Program-made: the position numbers and the translations under genes
Part shown: in pieces, positions 51,059-60,025 of the stretch
Numbering within the stretch: position 1 is the stretch's first letter
Layout: the number at the start of each line of letters is the position of its first letter
The notes under the pieces: model-generated
What the model was told of the DNA's origin: nothing
The model's database searches: none
The model's input: only the letters and a program-made list of their open reading frames with translations
Origin: Myxococcota bacterium
Lineage (GTDB): Bacteria > Myxococcota_A > Polyangia > Polyangiales > Sandaracinaceae
Length of the DNA: 64,000 bases
Assembly (NCBI GenBank): GCA_036149055.1
Contig: JAYZQJ010000137.1
Span: 63,862 to 127,861 of the forward strand
Direction: 5' to 3'

Positions 51059-52699
51059 ATGCTCCGCAAGCTGCTGGCCCTGGTCGCCCTGGCGGGCGTG
51101 ACCTCATGCACCCCGGGCTCGTCGAGCCCGTCCGGCGACGAAGAGCCGGAGGTCGATGTGGAGATCCTGCGCCCCATCCAGCTGACGCAGAACGCGCGGC
51201 TGCCCGAGAGCCAGGACGGCCACCTCGTCGACGTCGAGATCCACGACGACCGGCTCGTGTTCGTCTACGACGGCGCGCCCAAGGTCGCGCTCGAGAGCGG
51301 CGACGTCGTCTCCGGCGTGCTGCACGGCGGCTACCTCCGCCGGCTGATGGACCGCCGCGAGCTCGCGCCCGGGCGGATCGAGTGGACCACCGAGCACGCG
51401 GAGCTGGGCGAGCTGATCGGCGACGGTCACTTCGTCGTGCACCTCCGGCCCGGCGACGGCGACGAGAGCTTCGTGCTCCGCACCGAGGGGGGCGACGTCG
51501 GCAGCTCCAGCGAGGCGCTCGACAGCGGCTGGTCGCTGCTCACCCCGGAGGTCCGCAACATCAGCTGCGGCGGCGGGCGCACCGGCACCGTCACCTTCGA
51601 CCCGCGCTTCGACATGGACGCCGACGCGGACATCGAGATCGACATGCGCTGGAGCTTCGGCCGCTTCTACATCCCGCGCGGCGAGCTCCACTACGCGCGC
51701 TTCGAGCTCATGGGCTCGATCGCCCCCGGGATCACCCTCGAGACGAGCCAGAGCACCGCCGTCTCGTGCATGTGGAGCCTCACCTCCTACCTCGAGAGTC
51801 GCGGCGTCGGCGTGCCCAAGCGCGAGTGGGTGACGACCTTCCCGGTCGGCCCGGTCCCGGTCGCGGTGACCCACACCATCTCGCCGACCTTCGACATCAC
51901 GGTCGGCGGCTCGGTGGAGACCGGCGCCTCGACGATGAGCGCCGACGTGACCCTCGGCTTCCGGGCCGGCGCGGTCTACGACCGGAGCGGCGGCTGGCGC
52001 GCGATCTGGGATCCCACCCGGACCGGCTCGGTGAGCCTCACGGCCAGCGAGCCCGGCACCCTCTCGGTGACCGCCGGCGCGGGCGGCGGCGTCGGCTACC
52101 TCGCGAAGCTCTACGACGTGGCCGGCCCCGGCGTCAGCCTCGGCCCGTCGATGAGCGGCACCTTCCGCGTCCTGCCGGACCGCTGCGAGTGGAACGCGGA
52201 CGCGAGCGCGGGCCTCGGGGTCACGGTGCGGGCCCGGCTCGACATCCCGGCCTTCGACTACACGCTCGCCGAGTTCACCCACAGCGAGAACCTCGTGAGC
52301 GCCCAGACCGCGACCGCGATGGGCACCTTCCCCTGGTGCGAGGACGGCGGCATGCCCGACGCCGGAGCCGGGGACGGCGGCACCAGCGACCCGTGCGAGG
52401 CGGCCGGCAGCACCTGCGAGACCTGCAACGCGACCGCCGGCTGCGGCTTCTGCGCCCCCACCGGCACCTGCATGAGCGACTCCCGCGCGACCGAGTGCGG
52501 CAGCGACCTCGACTGGCAGGACGGCCCGAGCGAGTGCGAGGCGTGCGGCGGCTACGGCGCCTGCGGCGACTGCGTCGGCGACGCCTTCTGCGGCTGGTGC
52601 GCCTCGAGCGGCCGCTGCATGACGGCCGAGTCCGGCGGCGCCCCGCCCGAGCCCTGCGACGACTGGCAGTACTCGATCACCCCCGCCATGTGTCGTTAG
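51059..52699 (+). CDS. Lipoprotein with long beta-rich core and two C-terminal PSI/plexin-like Cys repeats
   Basis: Lipobox VTSC. CETC...CGFC....C and CGDC...CGWC....C. Alternative start 51038 overlaps the pilin stop. Confidence 0.85.
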   Translation: MLRKLLALVALAGVTSCTPGSSSPSGDEEPEVDVEILRPIQLTQNARLPESQDGHLVDVEIHDDRLVFVYDGAPKVALESGDVVSGVLHGGYLRRLMDRRELAPGRIEWTTEHAELGELIGDGHFVVHLRPGDGDESFVLRTEGGDVGSSSEALDSGWSLLTPEVRNISCGGGRTGTVTFDPRFDMDADADIEIDMRWSFGRFYIPRGELHYARFELMGSIAPGITLETSQSTAVSCMWSLTSYLESRGVGVPKREWVTTFPVGPVPVAVTHTISPTFDITVGGSVETGASTMSADVTLGFRAGAVYDRSGGWRAIWDPTRTGSVSLTASEPGTLSVTAGAGGGVGYLAKLYDVAGPGVSLGPSMSGTFRVLPDRCEWNADASAGLGVTVRARLDIPAFDYTLAEFTHSENLVSAQTATAMGTFPWCEDGGMPDAGAGDGGTSDPCEAAGSTCETCNATAGCGFCAPTGTCMSDSRATECGSDLDWQDGPSECEACGGYGACGDCVGDAFCGWCASSGRCMTAESGGAPPEPCDDWQYSITPAMCR

Positions 52700-52898
52700 T
52701 CGCGACGAAGCCGCGGCGCAGCCGCGGCGAAGCCGCGACCCCGTGCCCGTGCCCGTGCCCGTGCCCGTCGCGGCGAAGCCGCGACCCCGTGCCCCTGCCC
52801 GTGCCCGTGCCCGTGCCCGCGGAACCGCCGAGCGGCGCTGCCCCTGCCCGCGGAACCGCCAGAGCCGCGCAGCCCGTGGCCGGCACGCGCCCCGTACC
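52699..52898. repeat. REP/BIME-like composite intergenic repeat
   Basis: CGCGGC-GAA-GCCGCG hairpins at 52723 and 52769, each followed by a (CCCGTG)n run. GCCCGCGGAACCGCC twice. Lies between convergent genes. Confidence 0.8.
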
Positions 52899-53738
52899 TC
52901 ATCCCCCCGCCGCAACCCACCGATCCCGCCCCCCGCCCTTCGCCGCGTAGAGCGCCCCGTCCGCCGCCTCCAGCAGCCTCGCCCCGAGCGCGCCCACCGC
53001 GACGCCCACCGAGCCCGTCACCGCGATCGCGGCGCCCTCGACCTCGACCGGCGCCCGGCGGAGCGCCTCGCACACGTCGCCGGCGACCCGCTCGGCCACC
53101 CGCGCGCCCGCGCCGCGGAGCACGATCACGATCTCCTCGCCCCCCGCCCGGGCCATCAGGTCGCCCTCCCGCACCAGCGGCCGGAGCCGGCGCGCGGTCT
53201 CCCGGAGCACCTCGTCGCCCGCCGCGTGCCCGTACGTGTCGTTCACGCGCTTGAAGTGATCCAGGTCGAGCGCGAGCGCGGCTCCGAGGGCGCCGTCGTT
53301 CGCCGCGAGGAACGCGTCGAGCGCGCGGCGGTTGGACAGGCCGGTCAGGGGATCGGTCTCCGTCTCGTCGGCGAGGGCGCGGATCTCCCGGCGCTGCCCG
53401 GCGAGCGTCGCCACCAACCAGCCGGCGCCGACGTAGCCGAGCACCGTCATCAGCGCGTTCGACCAGAGCTGCGCCTCCTCGCCGACGGTGAGCGTGACGC
53501 GGGCCAGCCCGAGCGGATCGCCGACCGGGCCGAAGAACACCCGCGCGGCCGAGCACGCGAAGGCGAGCGCCATCAGCTCCACCCGAGGGAGCCGCACCGC
53601 CGCGAGCACGATCGGCGCGAAGTACAGCACCGGGAGCCCCACCGGCGTGGCGATCAGCGCGTCGAGCGCGATGACCGAGGCGGCCCCGATCCAGGCCAGG
53701 ATCCGGAAGCGCCGACGCGTAGCGGGGAGAGGAGGCAT
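52899..53738 (-). CDS. Membrane-bound diguanylate cyclase (GGDEF domain)
   Basis: N-terminal TMs. TDPLTGLSNRR, DLDHFKRVND.YGH..GD, RxxD I-site (REGD), GGEEI, ADGALY.AK. Confidence 0.92.
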   Translation of the reverse strand: MPPLPATRRRFRILAWIGAASVIALDALIATPVGLPVLYFAPIVLAAVRLPRVELMALAFACSAARVFFGPVGDPLGLARVTLTVGEEAQLWSNALMTVLGYVGAGWLVATLAGQRREIRALADETETDPLTGLSNRRALDAFLAANDGALGAALALDLDHFKRVNDTYGHAAGDEVLRETARRLRPLVREGDLMARAGGEEIVIVLRGAGARVAERVAGDVCEALRRAPVEVEGAAIAVTGSVGVAVGALGARLLEAADGALYAAKGGGRDRWVAAGG

Positions 53739-53767
53739 CCGCGCAGCATATCGCTATGCTCCCGCGC

Positions 53768-54673
53768 ATGGCGCGCGCCGACGAGGGACTCCGCAGTGAT
53801 GAGCTTCAACAGGCCCTCGCGCTCGCGCTGAAGGGGCAGCCGGGCCGGCTCGACGTGCTCCTCGCGCGTCACGGCGGGCTGCCGGGCCCGAACCCCAACA
53901 CCAAGCTCGGGGCCGCCTTCGGAGAGGCCCTCGCGGCCGAGGACCCGAAGAAGGCGCTCCGGCTGGCGCTGCGCCTCGCCGAGCACGACGCCGACGCCGA
54001 GGGCTCCGACGCGTTCCTGCCGGTGGCGGGCGGCTTCGCCCTCTGCGCGCTGGCACGCCGGAGCGACCGGGAGCCGCGCGGCCTCGACGAGGCGCTCTTC
54101 GCGCTCGCCGCCGACGAGCGCACGGCGGTCCGCATCGGGCTGACCCAGGCGCTCACCGCGATGGCCGCGCGCGAGGGGGGCGGCGACGCGCTCGTCCGGC
54201 GGGCCGAGGGCTGGCTCTTCGCCGAGTCGCGCGACGAACGCTACGCGGCCGCGGCGACCGCGCTCGACGCGATCGCCGACCCGCACGCGCTGGCCGAGGT
54301 GCGCGATCGCCCGGCGGTCTTCGCCTACCTCGACGGCGTGGTGAAGGAGATCGTCGAGGCGCCTCGCTCGGCCGAGCGCGCTCCGTCGCGGCGGCGCATG
54401 CTCGCGGCGCTCCGCGACGCGGTCGTGCGCGCGGTGCCGGCCTACGCGGAGGGGCCCGAATGGCTCGAGGCGAAGTGCGCGGAGGCGACGCACGAGGACC
54501 TGCGGGCCATCCTCGACGACGCGCTCGGACGGCTCCGCCGGGCGAAGATCGGGCGCGGGGAGCTCGGCGCGATGCACGACGCCCTCGCGTCGAGCGCGAA
54601 GCCCCCGCGCGATCCGACGCGCACCAACGAAGAGGCGCGCGGCCGCGGCCGCAAGCGACGCCGTCGCAAGTAG
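53768..54673 (+). CDS. Hypothetical alpha-helical (HEAT-like) protein with basic C-terminal tail
   Basis: GLPGP..N..L motif, helical composition, C-terminal RGRGRKRRRRK. Confidence 0.75.
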   Translation: MARADEGLRSDELQQALALALKGQPGRLDVLLARHGGLPGPNPNTKLGAAFGEALAAEDPKKALRLALRLAEHDADAEGSDAFLPVAGGFALCALARRSDREPRGLDEALFALAADERTAVRIGLTQALTAMAAREGGGDALVRRAEGWLFAESRDERYAAAATALDAIADPHALAEVRDRPAVFAYLDGVVKEIVEAPRSAERAPSRRRMLAALRDAVVRAVPAYAEGPEWLEAKCAEATHEDLRAILDDALGRLRRAKIGRGELGAMHDALASSAKPPRDPTRTNEEARGRGRKRRRRK

Positions 54674-54768
54674 CCCCGCCGTGCCGCCCCCGCGGCGACG
54701 CGAGACGTTCTGCCGGGGTGTCGCGCACGTGCCCCGATCTCGCCGAAATCTCTGAGGTTCTCTTCCGA

Positions 54769-54784
54769 GGGCACGTCCGTTGCA
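54769..54784 (+). promoter_or_regulatory. Sigma54 promoter of first peptidoglycan-binding gene
   Basis: GGGCACGTCCGTTGCA = GG-N10-GC, close to the TGGCACG-N4-TTGCA consensus. Confidence 0.75.
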
Positions 54785-54888
54785 CCTCCTCTCGGGAGGG
54801 CGCCGGCCGTCCGGGCCGCGCCCGTCCCCCTCAGCGCCGCGCGCGCGCCGACCCACGTGGCAGGTGCGCCCGGCAGAAAGGAACCCGA

Positions 54889-55851
54889 GTGAAGTCCCTC
54901 GAACGCCACGTCCTGTCGGCTCTTGGCCTCGCGGTCGGCCTCACGGTCGTGCCCGCCTACGCCCAGATCAGCCCCGCCGCCGAGGTCGAGGAGAGCCGCG
55001 AGCGCGCGCGTCCCGACCGTGATCACCCCACGACGCCCACGGCGACCCGCCAGCAAGACGCCCAGGCCTCGACCGACCGCCACGCGCGGGAGGATCGCGC
55101 GCGAGTCCGCGAGCTCCAGCGCACCCTCCAGCAGGCCGGCTTCTACGGCGGCGACGTCGACGGTCGGTTCGGCCCGCGGACCCAGATCGCGGTGCGTCGC
55201 TATCAGGCCAGCGAGCAGCTCCCGGTCACCGGCGAGCTCGATCCCCGCACCGCGCGCGCCCTCGGCGTGGACCTGCCGGCGTCCGAGCAGCCGGTCGGCG
55301 AGCGACGCGCGATCGGCGAGGGCCCGGACCGCAACGCGCGCATCGACGTGCTCCGCGCCCAGCGCGTGCTCTCCCAGGAGGGCGCCTACGAGGGCCCCGT
55401 CGACGGCCGCCTCGGCCCCGACACCGAGCGCGCGATCCGCGTCTTCCAGCGCGGGCGCGACCTGCGCGTGACCGGTGAGCTCGATCGCTCCACGCGCCGC
55501 GCGATGGGCATCGTCGACCGTCAGGGCACCGACCCGAACGTCGTCGCTCCCGGCCTCCAGGATCGCGCGGCCCGTGGCCGATCGGTCCCCCGCGTCGCCG
55601 GCGAGGAGGTCGGCGCGCCCGAGCGCCCGAGCCCGCGGCAGTCGCTCTCCGACTCGGCGCGCCCGTACGCCGCGTCGCCTCAGCCCGGCGGCGGGTCCGT
55701 GGAGATCCGCGGCGGCGCGCTCGGCCACACCCCCGCGCAGCTCCAGCCGCGCGTCCCGCAGATGCCGCCGCGTCCCGCGGTGAGCCAGCCGGAGCCGATG
55801 ACCTCGACCCCGATGCCCCGCAGCACGCCGAGGATCTCGCAGCCGCAGTGA
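54889..55851 (+). CDS. Secreted protein with two peptidoglycan-binding (PG_binding_1) domains
   Basis: SD AGAAAGGA, GTG start, signal peptide. 2x Q..L...G.Y.G.VDG..GP.T..A.R.(Y/F)Q....L.VTGELD..T. Confidence 0.88.
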   Translation: MKSLERHVLSALGLAVGLTVVPAYAQISPAAEVEESRERARPDRDHPTTPTATRQQDAQASTDRHAREDRARVRELQRTLQQAGFYGGDVDGRFGPRTQIAVRRYQASEQLPVTGELDPRTARALGVDLPASEQPVGERRAIGEGPDRNARIDVLRAQRVLSQEGAYEGPVDGRLGPDTERAIRVFQRGRDLRVTGELDRSTRRAMGIVDRQGTDPNVVAPGLQDRAARGRSVPRVAGEEVGAPERPSPRQSLSDSARPYAASPQPGGGSVEIRGGALGHTPAQLQPRVPQMPPRPAVSQPEPMTSTPMPRSTPRISQPQ

Positions 55852-56023
55852 TCGAAGCGTGCGCGCTCCGATCCCAGGGACGGCGCGTCCGAGAGGGCGC
55901 GCCGTCTCTCGTTCTGGAATCGTCGCGCTTCGCTGCACGGCGACCGCGGCCGGGGCGTGTCCCGTCGACCCGCCTGTCGCAGCCTGCGGCGGCCGCGCGC
56001 GACGCCGGGGCCGCAGCGGGCGG

Positions 56024-56039
56024 GGGCACATCGGTTGCA
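56024..56039 (+). promoter_or_regulatory. Sigma54 promoter of second peptidoglycan-binding gene
   Basis: GGGCACATCGGTTGCA = GG-N10-GC, 14/16 identical to the promoter at 54769. Confidence 0.75.
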
Positions 56040-56148
56040 CCCCTTCCGCTCCCCACCTGGACGGGCCGCGCAGCCCGCCTTCCACGAGAGCCCGCGTCCG
56101 TGCCGCCGCAGGGCAGGCGCGCCACGCGAGGCAGAGAGGAAACGAGAC

Positions 56149-56949
56149 ATGAGCATCTTCAAGCACGGAACGATCGGCGCCGCCGCGCTCGCCCTCGGGC
56201 TCGGAGCCGCCCCCGCGTTCGCCCAGCACACGCCCCAGAACGCGAGCCCCCCGAACCCCGGCGCCGAGCGCTCGAGTGAGGAGTCGCCGCCCGCCCCCGA
56301 AGCGACGAGCGAGCGCGAGCGGCCGAACGCTCGACAGTCGAGCAGCCCGCAGCCGCGCGGCGAGGACACTCGATCGGAGCGGCGCGACGCGCGGTTTGCT
56401 TCGCTCGATCGAGAGCAGCGGCGCGAGATCCAGGAGCGCCTCCAGCGCGACGGTCACTACGAGGGTGAGATCGACGGCATCTACGGGCCGCAGACCCGGG
56501 CCGCGCTCCGCAGCTTCCAGGAGCAGGAGCAGCTCGCGGTGACCGGCCGCTTCGACGCCTCGACCGCCCGCGTGATGGGCATCGACGCCGAGGGCGAGGT
56601 TCAGCGGGTCAGCGGGACCACCCAGGCGGGTGAGCAGGGCCCGGTCCGGGAGGCGCAGCGCGCGCTCGCCCAGGCCGGCTTCGAGACCGGCCCGGCCGAC
56701 GGCGTGATGGGCCCGCGCACCGAGCGCGCGCTGCGCGACTACCAGCGCGCCAACCAGCTGCAGGTCACCGGTGAGCTCGACGCGCGCACCCTCCGGTCGC
56801 TGGGCCTCGCGCAGGACGCGGCGATCCCGCAGGCCGGTGAGCGCCCCCGCGCGGACGAGCCTCGGCCCCTGCGCGAGCCGTCGCAGCGTGAGCGGTCGTC
56901 CGCCGCGGACGAGCGCGCGCCGACCGACGAGCGCCCCCGCGCTCGCTGA
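56149..56949 (+). CDS. Secreted protein with two peptidoglycan-binding domains (paralogue of 54889-55851)
   Basis: SD GAGAGGA, signal peptide ending AFA|Q, two PG_binding_1 repeats. Confidence 0.88.
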   Translation: MSIFKHGTIGAAALALGLGAAPAFAQHTPQNASPPNPGAERSSEESPPAPEATSERERPNARQSSSPQPRGEDTRSERRDARFASLDREQRREIQERLQRDGHYEGEIDGIYGPQTRAALRSFQEQEQLAVTGRFDASTARVMGIDAEGEVQRVSGTTQAGEQGPVREAQRALAQAGFETGPADGVMGPRTERALRDYQRANQLQVTGELDARTLRSLGLAQDAAIPQAGERPRADEPRPLREPSQRERSSAADERAPTDERPRAR

Positions 56950-56957
56950 CCCTTCGG

Positions 56958-57653
56958 CTATTCGAGGAGGTCGAAGGCCTCTTCGAGCGGGGTGACGAAG
57001 GCGATGCCTTCGCTCCCGCGCAGCACGAAGGACATGACGCCGACCAGGCGTCCCTGCTCGTCGAAGACGGGGCCTCCCGAGCTCCCGGCTTCGGCGGGCA
57101 GGTCCGTTTGCATGACGCGGCTCTCGCCGAAGCGGCGCGACAGATGGGAGACCACGCCGCGCTGCACGGTGAAGCCGAGCTCGCGCGGGCACCCGACGCT
57201 GTAGAGCGCGTCGCCCCGGCCGAGCTCGCTCGCGCGGCGGCGCTCCGGGGCCGGGCGGTCCACGCCCTCGACCGAGAGCACCGCGAGGTCGTCGCCCGCG
57301 TCACGCGCGACCACCACCGCGTCGAGCCACGGCTCGCCCTCGAACCTCAGGCGCGCCTCGGCGAGCCCGCCGAGCACGTGCCCCGCCGTGAGCACGCGGC
57401 CGTCGCCGAGCCACACGCCCGCGCCGTACGACTCGCCGGCGCGGACCTCCACCGCGGCCGAGAACGCGCGCTCGAGCGGAGACCGCGGCGCGGGCGGCGG
57501 CGGGGAGGCGGGGCGCTCGGTCGGCGCGGCGCGCCCGGCCACCGGGGTCCGCCCGGGCGGAGTCGGCTCGGCGGCGGCAGGCGCGAACGCCCACCCGCTC
57601 GCGCCCGTCAGGGCGCCGGCGGCGAAGAGGAGAGCGGCTCGGAGGTGCGGCAC
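56958..57653 (-). CDS. Trypsin-like serine protease (S1C-like, no PDZ)
   Basis: Triad LTAGHV, DLAVL, GSSGGP. N-terminal signal/TM. Confidence 0.88.
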   Translation of the reverse strand: MPHLRAALLFAAGALTGASGWAFAPAAAEPTPPGRTPVAGRAAPTERPASPPPPAPRSPLERAFSAAVEVRAGESYGAGVWLGDGRVLTAGHVLGGLAEARLRFEGEPWLDAVVVARDAGDDLAVLSVEGVDRPAPERRRASELGRGDALYSVGCPRELGFTVQRGVVSHLSRRFGESRVMQTDLPAEAGSSGGPVFDEQGRLVGVMSFVLRGSEGIAFVTPLEEAFDLLE

Positions 57654-57773
57654 GGGCGTCAGTATGAGGTGGGTCGCGGCCCTCTACCACGTGAGGCATG
57701 TTGCCCCGTGCGGCTGCGCGCGGGCGACTGTGCGCGGGCGACTGCGCGGGCGGCTGTGCTCGGGCGGAGGCGC

Positions 57774-59276
57774 CTAGCGATGGCGCGCGGCGGCGCGGGC
57801 CGGCGTCTCCCCGTCCACGTCCACCGCGCGGTTCATCGCGCGCATCGCGTCGTCGTCGATGCGCCCCTCCAGCGTCCGCAGGCGCGCGATGAGCGCCGGG
57901 CGACCGCGCGCGAAGGCGCCGTTGGCGATCAGGACGGCGTCGTAGGGAGGGATCGCGTCGCGGTCGTCCTCGAGCACCCTCAGGTCGTAGGCCGCGACGC
58001 GCCCGTCGGTGGTGTAGGCGCCGATGACGTCGACCTGTCCCGCGTCGATCGCCTCGTAGAGCAGGGTGGGGTCCATCGTGCGCTGGGCCTCGAACCGCAG
58101 GCCGTAGCGCTCCTCGAGGCTGCGCCACTCGCCCCGGCCGAACAGCTCGTAGTCGCCGCCGACCTCCATCGACGGAGCCAGCGGCGCCAGCTCGCTGATC
58201 CGCGTGATGCGCGGCCCGCCGTCCTCGGGGGAGCGCACCGCGAGCGCGTAGGCGTTCTCGAAGCCGAGGCGAGCGACGACCACCACGTCGTGCTCGTCGC
58301 GCAGCCACGCCTCGACCTCGGCGTTCAGCGCCTCGCGAGGCGCGCGGTCCTCGCGGCCCATCAGCGCGGTCCAGACGGTGCCCGTGTACTCGACGTAGAG
58401 ATCGAGGTCGCCGGCGGCCAGCGCCTCGAACGCGACGTTGGAGCCGAGCGAGCGCATCACCTCGGTCGGGGCCCCGGCGCGCTGCGCCACCAGCTCGGCG
58501 AGCACGTACTGCTCGGTGAAGGGCTTGGCCCCCACGCGCAGCGGCCGCTCGCCTCCGGCCAGACCGGCGAGCGGGGAGGCGAGCGCGTAGAGGCAGAGCG
58601 CGCCGAGGGCCGCGGCGGCCGGGGCCCACAGCCTCGGGCGGCGGGTGCGCGCGCCGAGCTCCGCCGCGCGGATCAGCCCGTCCAGCGCCAGCGCGAGCGC
58701 GGCCGAGCCGAGGCAGCCGGCGAGCACCGCGCCGTGATCGCGGGTCTGCAGGCCGCCGAAGATCAGGTCGCCCAGGCTCGAGGCGCCCACCGGAGTGGCC
58801 AGGGTCGCCATGCCGACCGTCCACACGGTCGCGGTGCGCAGGCCGGCGACGATCACGGGCGCGGCGAGCGGCAGCTCCACCCGGCGCAGTCGCTGGCCGG
58901 GCGTCATGCCGACCCCGAGCGCGGCGCGCTTCACGCTCTCGTCCACCTCGGCGATGCCGACCACCGTGTTCCGCAGCATCGGCAGCAGGCTGTAGAGGGT
59001 CAGCCCGAGCACCGCGGGCAGCGCGCCGATGCTCGGCAGCTCGAGCCCGAACGCCCCGAGGGCGGCCAGCGCCGGGACCATGATCGCCAGCAGCGCGAGC
59101 CCCGGGATGGTCTGGATCACGCTGGCCACCGCCAGCGCCGCGCGCTCGAGCGCCGGCCTCCGCGCCGCGGCGACGCCGAGGGGCAGGCTGATCGCGGCGC
59201 CGAGCAGGAGCGCCCAGAGGCTCAGCCGGAGGTGCGCGAGCATCAGCTCGCCGAGCCGCGGCCAGTCGACGCTCAC
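57774..59276 (-). CDS. Fused ABC permease + substrate-binding protein, quaternary-amine/osmoprotectant family
   Basis: QTIPGLALL, GVGMT..QRL..VELPLA, GAKPFTEQY, YVEYTGT, GFENAYA, YTTDG, PPYDA. Confidence 0.92.
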   Translation of the reverse strand: MSVDWPRLGELMLAHLRLSLWALLLGAAISLPLGVAAARRPALERAALAVASVIQTIPGLALLAIMVPALAALGAFGLELPSIGALPAVLGLTLYSLLPMLRNTVVGIAEVDESVKRAALGVGMTPGQRLRRVELPLAAPVIVAGLRTATVWTVGMATLATPVGASSLGDLIFGGLQTRDHGAVLAGCLGSAALALALDGLIRAAELGARTRRPRLWAPAAAALGALCLYALASPLAGLAGGERPLRVGAKPFTEQYVLAELVAQRAGAPTEVMRSLGSNVAFEALAAGDLDLYVEYTGTVWTALMGREDRAPREALNAEVEAWLRDEHDVVVVARLGFENAYALAVRSPEDGGPRITRISELAPLAPSMEVGGDYELFGRGEWRSLEERYGLRFEAQRTMDPTLLYEAIDAGQVDVIGAYTTDGRVAAYDLRVLEDDRDAIPPYDAVLIANGAFARGRPALIARLRTLEGRIDDDAMRAMNRAVDVDGETPARAAARHR

Positions 59277-60025
59277 GACAGCCGGTCCAGCGCGCGCCGC
59301 GGCGCCTCGAGCAGGGCGGTCACGTAGGGATCGGCCGGCGCCTCCGCGAGCTCCGGCGGCGTGCCCACCTGGAGGAGGCGCCCCTCGCGCAGCACCGCGA
59401 TGCGATCGCCGAGGGTCAGCGCCTCGAGCACGTCGTGGGTGACGAACACGCTCGTGAGGCCGAGGTCCTCCTTCAGCGTGCGCAGCTCCGCTTGCAGCTG
59501 CTCGCGGGTGATCGGGTCGAGCGCGCCGAACGGCTCGTCGAAGAGCACCACCTCCGGCTCGGCGGCGAGGGCCCGCGCGACCCCGACCCGCTGCCGCTGC
59601 CCGCCGCTGAGCGCGTCCGGGAGCCGGTCGCCGTACTCCTCGATCGGCAGCGCCACCCGGGCGAGCAGCGCCTCCACCCGCGCCCGGACGCGGGCCTCGT
59701 CCCAGCCGAGCAGCTCCGGGGTGATGCCCACGTTCTCCGCGACCGTGAGGTGCGGGAAGAGCCCGACGCCCTGGAAGCAGTAGCCGATCCGGCGCCGGAG
59801 CGCGTGCGGCGGCAGGCTCCGCACGTCCTCGCCGCGGAGGCGCACCACGCCCTCGGTCGGGGTGACCAGCGCGTTGATGCACTCGAGCGTGGTCGTCTTC
59901 CCGCTGCCCGAGCCGCCGAGCAGCATCAGCAGCTCGCCCTCGCGCACCGTCAGCGACACTCCGTCGACCGCGGTCACGTCGCCGAAGCGCACGACGAGGC
60001 GGTCGAGCTCGATCAGGTCAGCCAT
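59273..60025 (-). CDS. ABC transporter ATP-binding protein (ProV/OpuA-like)
   Basis: GGSGSGKTT, LSGGQRQR, FDEPFGALDPITR, VTHD. Confidence 0.95.
   Translation of the reverse strand: MADLIELDRLVVRFGDVTAVDGVSLTVREGELLMLLGGSGSGKTTTLECINALVTPTEGVVRLRGEDVRSLPPHALRRRIGYCFQGVGLFPHLTVAENVGITPELLGWDEARVRARVEALLARVALPIEEYGDRLPDALSGGQRQRVGVARALAAEPEVVLFDEPFGALDPITREQLQAELRTLKEDLGLTSVFVTHDVLEALTLGDRIAVLREGRLLQVGTPPELAEAPADPYVTALLEAPRRALDRLS

Noticed and set aside
52699..52898. Possible CRISPR array, or the 69-aa TG-repeat ORF at 52677-52886
   Set aside because: No unique spacers, no cas genes. The ORF is just the translation of the hexamer run.
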